A stretch of DNA of 64,000 nt from Peribolospora baueri. Its lineage: Eukaryota. A program made the position numbers and the translations under genes. This document shows positions 14,694-25,396 of this stretch, piece after piece. Under the pieces are notes generated by a model. It saw nothing but the letters and a program-made list of their open reading frames with translations. It did no database searches and was not told the origin of the DNA. Every line of letters starts with the position of its first letter. Position 1 is the first letter of the stretch. The DNA is taken from contig JAMDHS010000045.1 of assembly GCA_029717555.1 (NCBI GenBank), forward strand, positions 1-64,000, in the 5' to 3' direction.

Positions 14694-15644
14694 GGCGAGT
14701 CGGGCTCAACTGTGCGACGACTTCGAGCCCGAAGGGACAACGCATGGACGAAACCTGGAAGCGAATGGGCGAGCAGAGCGCAGCCATCCCATTCTAGAGT
14801 GCGGATATTCTCTTTCCTCCCTCCCCTTCCCTTCCTTTCCTTCCCTCCTTCCGTCCGTCTGAGACAATCGACCATTCTCGTTCACTTCACCTTCTGTCAG
14901 GGACGATCTGTCTCAGCGAGTATCGGACGACGTTAGACGTTGCCGTGGACATTCATACCGTCTCCCCGCGCGGGGTCGGCTCTCCTATTTCATTTCGATC
15001 CTCTCACTCTTCTCATTCCTGTATGCGTTCGGATATTGTTTGCGTCGGATCCCCTTGAACCCGTCGCCATGTAGCCACTCCCTAACAGAACATAGCACAC
15101 TTGTCCTAGGACGAGCAAACAACCGCAGCGATCTAGTCGTGTGAGCGTGCCAGATGGTAAAATGAAAGGGTTCTGGCCGTGCGCAGAGCGCGCACGAGGT
15201 GGTGGTGGGTCACCAATCTACCTGTGCTGAAGATGAGGGCATGATGGAATGAAGGCCAGCCAAGTGCGACTCCTCCCGTCTCTAATTTGTTATTAAACGT
15301 TTGGGCAAGTGGGTGCGGTAGGTGCTGTATGAGTCACACGGACGAGGCCATTGTGGACGGAGGCATCTCCCGCATCGTATTAAGGCGCCACCACCGCCGG
15401 CAAACGGACGACGAACAAGGTACAGGGCAAGAATAGAGCGAGGACGAGCATGGTCATCGCCCTTCATCGGCTGGTTGGACCGCTCTCACGCTTCGCACGT
15501 CCACGGGTTCAATCGCTCACGCCTGGGCATACGACGCTGCTATCAACCGCTCCTATCACCGCGTCCTCCTCACTCCGCTTCCACCACCACGGATCCCGTC
15601 TCCGTCCGCACGCCTTCACCTACCCCGTACGCACCTTCCGCACA

Positions 15645-18600
15645 ATGACCGCCGAGACCGCGCCAGGGTGGGACCCCAAGGCGACGCCGTACCCTCAAGC
15701 CCGCAGGGATGAGAACAAGGTGGACGTGTACCAAAGCAAGAAAGATGGTGAGTCTGACAAGAGTGCTCGCGCTTCATCGCACCCCCGCTGCACCCTCGTT
15801 TGATCGGCTGCTTCTTGCTTGAAGCAAGTCGGTATCTGTCTACGTGCATGTCTTTCCTGCGGTACCGCGCTCTCACATGTAGACCAGAGCTGACGAGCTG
15901 TTCATGAACACTCCCTTCCCCGCTGTGGTCCAGGCGAAGTTAAGGTCGTCAACCCCTACCACTGGCTCGAGGTGCCGCCTTCCCAGTCTGAGGAGACCAA
16001 GGCTTGGGTGGACGCCCAAGTCGCTTTTACCTCGTCAGTGCATAATACCGCCAGCTCTCTGTCGCCTGCCCTTGAATACACTTCCTCGCCGCCAGCCCGT
16101 TAGCTGACTCTCGTTGGCCTTTTGTGCGGACACTCTTCGCAGGGCGTATATCGACAAGGTCAAAGATGAGAGGGCGGCGATCCACAAAGAGTGAGTCTTC
16201 TCGCCACTCCAGACCTTTTTTTCGCTGCCATCTGCGGCTCATTTAACCCCGTCCTGGGGTAGAGCCAGCCAAGCTAACAATGTGTGCGTTCGGCCTCATC
16301 CCTTATCGCCTTTTCCATTTTTGCTGCAGGCTGGAGAAGAACTTCAATTATCCGAGGTGTACGTGTACTGTTCCAGCCCTTTTTCTCCCCACCTTATCTT
16401 GCCAGCTTACTGGATGGTCACATGAGCGCGGAAAGTTGTGACGACTGACTCGGACGTCTTCTGGCACTCACGACGCTGCTCGCATGTAGTCACCGCTCCC
16501 CAGTTGAAAGACAATGGATACTGTGAGTGCTAGAATCTGGGTCTGCTCCTGCGAGCACTTTGGTCATTCAGGTCATTCAGTCTGACGGAGCTGCCTCCTG
16601 CTATGTTTTCCTGGTCAATGCTTTGCACTGTCAGACTACTATTTCTTCAACTCGTAAGTGCCGTCGGGTAGCCCGTAGCATTTGGAAGTCTTTCCCTGTT
16701 CCTTTCTGAAAGCTGGAATCTTTCTCCTCTGTCCATCCTGTCCATTTCGCTACACAGCGGTCTCCAACCGCAGGCAGTCTTTTACCGCGTGGACGCCGCC
16801 GGTCTGCATGCGACCAAGTCTGACGAAGCAGGGCCAGGGGGAGAGGTGTTTTTCGATCCCAACCTCCTCTCAAAGGACGGCACCGTCTCTCTGACCACCT
16901 CCCAGTTCTCGAAGGACGGCAAATGGTTCGCTTACGGGATTAGCAGAAGCGGATCTGACTGGTTTACTATGTGAGTATCCAGTTTGGGGCATGGATGTTA
17001 CTCAGGCGAGCAGGGAGATGTTTGCGTGTCGTTCGTTTAATTTATTCCTATTCGAACTATTTCCTACCTCTCCATACGACGTGCAGTTACGTCCGCCCGA
17101 CTGACAAGCCTTACTCGTCCGCGACGGCGGGCAAGGACGGCGAGGACAAGGGCAGACTCGACGAGGAGATCCGGTGAGCTCATTTGCGGTCTTCATCCGT
17201 CGGCCTCCGCGGAGATGAACGAGTGAGCTTAGACCTTTTATCCATCCGCAGCTTCGTCAAGTTCTCAAACATAGAGTGGACGCATGATGGAAAGGGTTTC
17301 TTTTACCAACGTGAGTTAGGTAACTAGACTGATTCGTTTCCGCTATCTTATATCTAATTGCTCCCTACTTGCCATGCGGGCCACCCATAACTCATCCCAT
17401 TCCGCCGTGATGCCCGCAGGCTTCCTCGACCAATCTGCCGTTCACAGTCTCGCTGAGGACGACAAGGCTGGAACGGAGACGGACGTCAACGTCGACGCAA
17501 GGCTCTACTACCATCGCGTCGGCACGCCTCAGAGCGAGGACATTCTCATCATTGACAAGGATCCGGAGATACCCACCGCGCAGTGGCATGCGAGAATCAG
17601 CGAAGACGGAAAGTGGCTAACGATGTGAGTTGATGTGGCAGATTGGTCCCCTTCGTTCGCTCGAGGTGACCCCCCGTCTGAGAGGAAGAGGCTGATCCCA
17701 AATTACGCTCTCCACCCTCCCTTTAACTTCCTCTAATTATAGCCACAATCCCAAAGACACGGACACGAAAGAGCGTGTAAAGGTCGCCCGCATGCCTTCG
17801 GGTCCAGTTACCGCAGACACGAAGTTCGATTGGGTACACATTGCTCCCGAATATGAGTTTGAGCTCTCCGGCGTCTACGAAGAGACCTTGCAGGACGGCT
17901 CTGGTGTATTCTGGTTCGTCACGAACCGCGACGCGCCGAACAGGTAGGTTGAGTTGACTAACGATGTACCGCTCGTACGGTTAGCCTCCTCACATCTCAC
18001 GTGTCACTAACATCAAGGTTGTCCGCCGTTTATCTTTCATCTCCTCAGTAAATTGGTCAAAGTCACCGTCCGCCCTGACAACTCGTTTGAGTACGAGGAC
18101 GTCGTCCCCGAAGCCAAGGATGCCGTCATCTCGTCATTCATGGCCTTCATGAACGGAGAGAAGCTTCTACTCGTGTATGGCAAGGATGTTAAGTGCGCTA
18201 CCTTTCGTCATCCTGTTTCCGACGGTGTAGGCTGTGCGCGAGCAGTGAGTTTACCTTCCACCTCTCACTGTCCTCGTCACCCTGCTCGCTCGCTCCGTTG
18301 CATACGCAAGGGACGAAGTTTGGGTGTTCGACCTGAAGACCGGCAAGAAACTTTACCGGCTCGGAGAAGACCTCGTGGGGACGATGGTGCAGATTGCCGG
18401 AAGGACGAAGGACGATCACTTGTTCATCAACTTTGTCTCCTTCACCAACCCTGGCACCATTTACCGCGTTGGACAAGCTGAGGGTAACGATAGGCTAGAG
18501 CTCGTCAAGTTCAGGGAGACGAAAGTGGAGGGTATTCGGGGCGATGATTTTGAAAGCAAGCAAGTGGGTGTCCCCGGTCGGTTTGCCGAAGCTGCGTCAC

Positions 18601-20101
18601 GAGGTATGGACGAAAACCGAACGTGTATCTGTTTTGTGTTTGCGCAGGTCTTTTTCAACTCCAAAGATGGCACCCGCGTTCCCATGTTCCTGACTTACCT
18701 TAAAGGCACTCCCTTGGATGGAACCGCGCCCGTCTACCAATACCAATACGGTGGCTTCAACATTGCCCTGACCCCCTCCTTCAGCTCTGGCGTCATGACT
18801 TTCGTAAAGAGGTACGGAGCCATCTTCGCCTGGGTCAACGCCCGCGGAGGTTCGGAGTACGGCGAGGAGTGGCACAAGGGTGGTTCGGCGGCGAATAAGC
18901 CGAATACGTTCGATGACACGCTTGCCGCTAGCAAGTGGCTCGTCGAGAATAAGTACGCAGCTAAGGGCAAAATCATCTTGTCGGGAGGGTCGAATGGCGG
19001 TGTGAGTGGGCGGTCATCAGGATACCATCTTGGTAACTGGTGCAATGGTTTGACCGTCTTTGTGCTCCCCTTCTCGTGTCTCAACAGCTCACTGTTGCAG
19101 CCAGCTGCCAGCGAGCCACCGAAGAGCATGGCATTGGCGCAGGTTTAGTCGATGTCGGCGTGCTCGACATGCTCAAGGTATGTATAGTCTTTTCCTAAAG
19201 ACGCGCCAGGACTTGAGCTTCGCCGATGTGAGACTTATAGCTATATCTTTCCTTCCGGTAATGGTGCGTCCTCTGCTAAGTTCTCGACTTGGACCATTGG
19301 TGCGGCCTGGAGGTCGGGTAAGTTCAAGCCATCCTGCCCTGCTCTTTTCCTGCTCACGTCCTGAGCGCATCTTCGGCATACTAACGCGCCCTCGTTCTGC
19401 AACCGATACAGACTTTGGCGACCCGCAGAAGCCGGAAGAATTCGACTGGCTGTATCCCATCTCGCCGCTGCACAACATCGATACCAAGAAGGTCTATCCG
19501 ACGATGTGAGTTTAAGGTAGTCGTTACCGCGATATCGCAGGTATGCCGAGGAAGAGAACGCAATTCGGGTCACTGACGTTTTCGAATTGCTCGGTACCTT
19601 GCTGGCACCTCGTTCAGGGTTATCGCCACAGCTGATCATGATGATCGGTGAGCAGAGGTTCCCAGTCGAAGCGTTTCGCAACTATCTGCATTCCTGTCCG
19701 GGGAATCTGGCAGCCAGCTGACCCGACAAATCTCGTGGTTCCTCCGCCGTGTTTGCTGCTTCCAGCGTCGTGCCTGCTCATTCGTTCAAGTACGCAGCAG
19801 CGCTGCAGCACGCTCTGCCTCTCAACCCGAATCCTCTACTGGCTCGGATCGATACGAAGAGCGGTGAGTTCGTCGAGTCGAACGCGGGTCCTTCTCGAAA
19901 AAACGGCCGACCTTCTGAGCCGGATCGAGCCGCCGAGTATGACCCGAACACTGCGTGGGGGATGCTAATTCTGCTTTTGTCCATGAACCAAACGCCGCAG
20001 GTCACGGTGCGGGTAAGAGCACGGCACAGAGGATCAACGAGGCGGCGGACAAGTATGCCATCATCACCCAAGCCCTCGGCCTCAAGCCCAAGGTTAAATG
20101 A
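15645..20101 (+). CDS. Prolyl oligopeptidase (S9A), many introns; possible upstream start at 15450
   Basis: Motifs [48 protein letters not shown] and [11 protein letters not shown]. Catalytic Ser in GGSNGG, Asp in [14 protein letters not shown], His in GHGAGKS. Exons splice in frame to TGA at 20099-20101. Confidence 0.95.
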
Positions 20102-20541
20102 GCGTCAGCTCAGCCGGCGTCTTCGGCCTGTGCCTTGACCACGTCTGGGTCAAAACGGGTGCAGCACTCGCTCAGTTTTACGTGCGAGCTCGTGTTCTCT
20201 GATCCTCAGATTAGTTTGGCACGCGTCCGTATCGTATCGTCTCCCGCCGCCCCTCTCTCTCCATGTCTCGCATCTCAAGATTAAAGGACACCCGGAACCA
20301 ATGCATCCATTGCATCGCCGCGCTTGCATCGCAATGAACCGTTCAAACCGTTGCGTCGTTCTAGCCATGGATGTAGTCATTGTCGAGTAAAACACATTTC
20401 CTCCGTCACCTATTGTAACCCATGCAGCCTCTCATCTGCAGATGGGCGTGGGAAGTCGTTCGCGAACGGATAGGCGGCAGTCGCTGTTACTCGACCGAGT
20501 CGGTCGAAAAGCGCGCCTCAACGGCGAAACTTGTCAGGCGT

Positions 20542-21369
20542 TCACTCCTGCCCTCTCAGTTTCCTTCCCGTCGGTACAACGAAGAACCTTCCCTGCGTGC
20601 ACTTAGCAGCCTTCAAAAGCTCCTCACCGTGCCGAGCGGAGCCTTCCCACTCCTTTGCCGAGAAGGCAACAGCCGCCTTCCCGGCTGATGGCGGACGCAA
20701 CGCCATTCCCCTCCCTTCCGGGCGTATCCTCGCGTCCACAACCTCCAGCACCGGCGGCGGTGGCATAGCGTCGGTCGCAACCTCCGCCCCTCCGTCCGCC
20801 TGCCAATTACCAAACTCGGCTGCCCACAACTGATCCTCCCGCTCCCCCTCCCCCATCACCTCCTCCGCCGCCGCTCGCACGTCCACCTCCCTCACAGCAT
20901 CAACGAGAGTAACCATCGACTCCAGCTCTCCTCGCAGCTTTTCGAATTCCGTGAAGGAAGAGGGAGGGAGAAGGGCGGAGAGCTTGTGCAGGTGACGGAG
21001 CGTCTCTGGCGAGAGTCGGGGCGGGGTAGAGGGGTCCGTACGACGATCGGTCGGGGCGCGAAGGAGCTCGGAGACGTCCCATGTCGGTGACAGGGGAAGG
21101 GCCAGGTCGTCCGTGGGGATATCGTCTGCTAGGGTCAGCGAGGACGCCGCCTTCTGGGACAATTGACCTTGGTGCTTCTGGTTCTGTGCGTCGAGTGCGA
21201 GACAGGTCCGGCAAAAAGACCTTCGACTGCACACCGTGCTGCTCGCCTCGCTAGGTCTCCCGATCGTAGGTGTTGCCCTCCCCGCCAATGAAGGCTGCAC
21301 AACGGTGAGGCTGGCGAGCCGACGCCAAGGCCGTCTGGCCAGCACTGGCGGCGCAGAGCCGAACAACAT
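20542..21369 (-). CDS. Mitochondrial Glu-tRNA(Gln) amidotransferase small subunit (GatC/GatF-like)
   Basis: Arg-rich presequence; PTWDVSELL; TLRHLHKLSAL...LESMVTLVDAVREVD; C-terminal ELLKAAKCTQGRFFVVP, matching the GatC pattern. Confidence 0.75.
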   Translation of the reverse strand: MLFGSAPPVLARRPWRRLASLTVVQPSLAGRATPTIGRPSEASSTVCSRRSFCRTCLALDAQNQKHQGQLSQKAASSLTLADDIPTDDLALPLSPTWDVSELLRAPTDRRTDPSTPPRLSPETLRHLHKLSALLPPSSFTEFEKLRGELESMVTLVDAVREVDVRAAAEEVMGEGEREDQLWAAEFGNWQADGGAEVATDAMPPPPVLEVVDARIRPEGRGMALRPPSAGKAAVAFSAKEWEGSARHGEELLKAAKCTQGRFFVVPTGRKLRGQE

Positions 21370-21656
21370 GACAGCTCGACCTTGCGATCGTGAGCCTGCT
21401 TTGAAGACGGTGGTCTGGAGAGAAGTATGCGCGTCACGTGCGCGATCTGAGAGACGCAGCGATGAAGGTGCTGAATTCCTTCACTTCATCCGTTTCAACG
21501 ACGGAGGCGTTCAGTTCGTTCACGACTTCATCCGTTTTGAGCCGGCGGCAGATATGGTCGTGTGAAAGGGCATCTCTGCGCCAAGCTCGAGACGATCACC
21601 TCCATCTGCTTTCCCTCCAGATCCGCCAGCCGTTGTCCGCGTACCATCCCGAAATC

Positions 21657-23148
21657 ATGCGGCTCGATCTGACGCTCTGGGAGGCCGTCGTCCTGCCTCT
21701 ACTTCCTCTTCTTGTTTCCGTTCAGGCGGCGCCCGTGGCCGAGGTCACGCCCCAGCTTCCTTTCTTCGTCCAGCGGGCTCTGGCAAAGGTCCACTTTGAC
21801 GAGATCATCTCCTTCGGGGACAGCTTCAGTGATAATGTGACCATTCGTAGTCGCGTGCTTCAAGTTTCCAGAGCCATGTCATACTTACAAGTACAATTGT
21901 CGACCTCATTCATTCTTTTTCAGGGAAACGGTACTTACCTGCTCACCAATCGGACTTGGCCGTCCAACCCGGCCTACTATGATGGCCGCTTCTCCAACGG
22001 CCCCACCTGGGTGGAGGATCTGCAAAAACTGACGGGAGCTGAGACGCTCGTTGACATGGCCTATGGCGGAGGTGAGGCGCCCGGTGCCTGTAGCACGGAG
22101 GAGAGAGGGACCCTTGCTGATCGTCTTGCCGTCCCTACGCATTCATCGCGCTTTTCATTAGCCACGATCAACAACTCCCTCATTCCTGGATACACGGGAC
22201 CCAACTCGACGATTCTTGTACCCTCCGTCGTCGACCAGGTAGCAATGTTCCTCAACGGCACCAACGTCTTACGTAACGTTACCTCCTATAACGCTACGGT
22301 GAAGACGAATTCTCTGTGCGTCCTCATCGCCGGAGCCAACGATGCTTACTTTGGTGAAGCGACCGCCGAGGTGGATTCGCTCACGGGCAGTCTTGTCAAT
22401 GCAGTAAAGCAGCTGCGCGGACGAGGTGAGCGTGCAGAGGACGGAGGACGCCGAGCAGGGATGCCTCCGCTAACCGCTACCTCCCGTATCCCCTTTCACC
22501 ATCTTGACGTTTTACCTCCGTGCTCTTCGCCAGGCTACAAGCATTTCCTTCTACCCTCCTCCCAACCTGGCTCTGTCCTGCCCTACTACCGTCCTAACTC
22601 TTCGGAAGTACAAGCACAGGCCAAGTTCTCGCGTGTCTTCCATACAAGCTTAATCCGCTCCCTTCGAGCTGCAGGCCTTCCCTTCTCAGCCGCTTCTTCT
22701 TCCTCTTTGACTGAGTCTTTTGCATCGTCCGCGAACAAAGACTTGAAAGCAAACGAGACGGGGAGCGTCCACGTGACCCTCTGGGACGAGCTCGGGGCGT
22801 TCCAGCGCATCATCGACGTCGGCAAGTCCAAGCGCTGGGACGTCCAAGACGCATGCCTCTCCGGAATCTACGGAGACGCGCCAAACGTCACGCTCTGTGA
22901 CGACCCCGATCATTACGTGTTGTGAGTCGTTGTCATCATCGTCGTCATCGTCCTTTGGCTTTGTTTGATAGGTCCAAGACCGCCGTATTCAGTCCACTAG
23001 AATACTAATTTGGTTCTGTTGTCTGTCTCTGGCTCCTTTTCGCTCTGATCTGGCCGTGTCGGAATTATAAAGCTGGGACGCCTTCCACCCGACACGCCAG
23101 ACCCATCGGATGATAGCTCGTGACGCGCTCAGGACATTGTCGTCTTAG
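21657..23148 (+). CDS. Secreted GDSL/SGNH hydrolase (CE16-like esterase/lipase)
   Basis: Signal peptide. Block I FGDSFSDNG, GRFSNGPTWVE, block II YGGAT, block III GANDA, block V WDAFHPT in the last exon. TAG at 23146-23148. Confidence 0.92.
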
Positions 23149-23913
23149 ACGGATTACGAGGGTGAGGCATCATGAGCTGGTGTCGGGTGTGAGAACGTGA
23201 GAACGCCCGTGTCCCCCCCTCCCGTCTTTTCCTTCGAGCACTTGATGGGCCGGTATCATAGAGTAGAGTAGATAAGGCCAACACAAGTCAACATTTGTGT
23301 TACCCGGCATTAATGCACAACATGGATAAACTCCAAAGCCGAGCCATGGACGCTCAGGCAGCTGGTCAATTTAGGTAGGCAGCGACTCGACGTCTCGCCC
23401 GTATGCGTAGTCTTACCGGACGTCGACCAATGGATGACGAAATGTCTTTTCCGGGTATCACTGTCGTCGTCGTTATAATCGGCAGACGCCCATGACGACA
23501 TGAGACGACTCGAGACGGTTGACGCCGAAACCGAAGTCGACGGAGCCGATTCGCTTTCCAAAGACGTCGATCTCGGCCACTTATTACAACAGGGCCAATG
23601 GCAACACGGGCTCTTCCAGTCGCTGGCTCTTATCGCTCCTTTTGCAGCGCTCTCAGGCCACTGTGAGCGTTGCTGCAGGGAGATAATGACATAAGAGGAC
23701 TGCCCGGAGTGATAAGGCTGCGACATATTGGTGAACCCGTGGTCGGTACCGCTTTTAGGAATTGAGGCGACTCAGATCGGCTCCATTTGTGACGACATCC
23801 CTTCTGTTGGAGGTTGGCGGCGACGAGGGCGGACATGATTATATAGGCAACTGTACTGTTACTGCGGCCGAGTACTGCCGTCTTCCTCTACCCCTGCGGC
23901 TTTCCTTTTCGTA

Positions 23914-24046
23914 TGCTCTCTTCTCTTATGAACCAATAACATCGACTTCCGTCCATCCACCGCTGATTCCTGGGCTCATAACCTGTTGGTACTAGCAGTG
24001 GATGGACGGAAGTCGATGCTATTGGTTTTTATATGAGAAGAGAGCA
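23914..24046. repeat. 133-nt fold-back inverted repeat (pre-miRNA-sized hairpin)
   Basis: 23931-23964 pairs with 23994-24027 at 32 of 34 positions. Outer stem 23914-23925 pairs 12/12 with 24035-24046. Loop is 29 nt. Confidence 0.95.
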
Positions 24047-24166
24047 ATTTGCAAGACTCCCTCTTGCACTTTCTCGCGGAGCTCAACGCTTTGGACTTGC
24101 TGCCCTAGTCCTAGCACAAGCCGCTTGACCCAGATCGCCTCGTTTTGGTAATGTCACTGGTATCAC

Positions 24167-24346
24167 AGGCCACAGAACCCAAAAGAACTTTTCAACCTCC
24201 GCCATGCATCCCTTCGCAATGCCATCCAGCGTATTTTCGGAGCAGCAAAGAAAAAATTCAAGGTTCTCAAGCGAGGCTCGGAGTATCGACCCTCCGAGCG
24301 CGCGGTTACCCACCGAGATACCTGCGCAAGCTGTTCCTCAGCATGA
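24167..24346 (+). mobile_element. Degenerate PIF/Harbinger (IS5-like, DDE_Tnp_4) transposase fragment
   Basis: An ATG-less frame from 24167 reads RPQNPKELFNLRHASLRNAIQRIFGAAKKKFKVLKRGSEY. This matches the Harbinger motif around the third catalytic residue (P.N.KELFNLRH.SLRN.IERIFG.LK.RF.IL). The inverted copy retains IERIFG (GAG at 24704-24702). Confidence 0.85.
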
Positions 24347-24724
24347 ATTATTTGTTGGATATGAGCGTTCACGGGCCGGTGGAACGGTTAGCTCCGATGT
24401 ACGTACAGTGCTTGTGTTCGACTTGATGGTTGTGTTCGATAGAGTAGCAGCAGGAGCGCAGTGGTTCATACAGGTTCTCAGGTCCCCCTATCGAATACAA
24501 CCGTCAAGTCGAACACAATCACTGTACGTACATCGGAGCTAACCGTTCCACCGGCCCGTGAACGCTCATATCCAACAAATAATTCATGCTGAGGAACAGC
24601 TTGCGCAGGTATCTCGGTGGGTAACCGCGCGCTCGGAGGGTCGATACTCCGAGCCTCGCTTGAGAACCTTGAATTTTTTTCTTTGCTGCTCCGAAAATAC
24701 GCTCGATGCCTTGCGGAAGGGATG
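24207..24724. repeat. Long inverted duplication: arms 24207-24442 and 24488-24724, 45-nt spacer
   Basis: By direct comparison 24257-24410 is the exact reverse complement of 24520-24673. The few differences lie near the loop (3 substitutions), in an A-run (1-nt indel) and at the outer ends. Confidence 0.98.
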
Positions 24725-25396
24725 GCAAGGCCGACGTCTGAGTGTTCTGAGTCGTCAGAGTGTTCTGAGTGGGTTGTGAGGGCAAGAAGGTGCCTAGGCT
24801 CTCAGATTGCAAGCGGGGACGCAGCGGCGGAGGTGTAAAGGCGCTGCGGGGTGAGGGAGTAAAGGAATTGGCACATGGATGACCGTCCATACCCCAAAAA
24901 TAAAATGCAAGAGGACGAAGAAATGTCAGAGTGTGAAAAAGGTAGAGATGGGATGGAGGAAGGAGACGATGTGGAGGAACGCGAGTCGCGACGCGTCGAG
25001 CGGATGAGATCAGATCCGCACCAAAACCTGCGTCTTTCTGGAAAAGCCGCACCCCCGGGCTGCGATTTTCTTTTGGCTGGGAGAAAGAAACACGGGTTTT
25101 TGAAAATTCAAATTTTCAAAGTGCAGCCGATGTCGCTGACAGCCCGAACGCAAGCAGAGTTCATCAGAGATGCGCTGGGAGGAATATATACACGAGGGGG
25201 TGCACATATAAGGTCTACTGAGAAGGACGCCGTGGTAGCACGCAGGAGAGGCGGGTATTGTACAGCCGCGCGATCACAAGGAGCGAGGCATGCAGAAAAA
25301 AAGACAAGGGGAGCATGAGGCCACAAACCCTAAGGTGAGTGAGCAAGGATTACAAGCGAACGCGTACGAGAATTTTACAAATCTCTATAGTCCTAT

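Noticed and set aside
23310..23836. Minus-strand ORFs of 138 and 68 aa behind a TATA-like tatataa
   Set aside because: No recognisable motif, codon bias or splice structure, so they cannot be supported as genes.
24083..25052. Mirror-image ORFs on both strands around 24.1-25.0 kb
   Set aside because: They are by-products of the inverted duplication. The meaningful frame is the ATG-less transposase relic.
25319..25333. GGCCACAAACCC-TAA as a possible Harbinger terminal inverted repeat with a TAA target duplication
   Set aside because: I found no inverted partner at the left of the island. The only similar string (24167-24180) is in direct orientation and inside the transposase frame.
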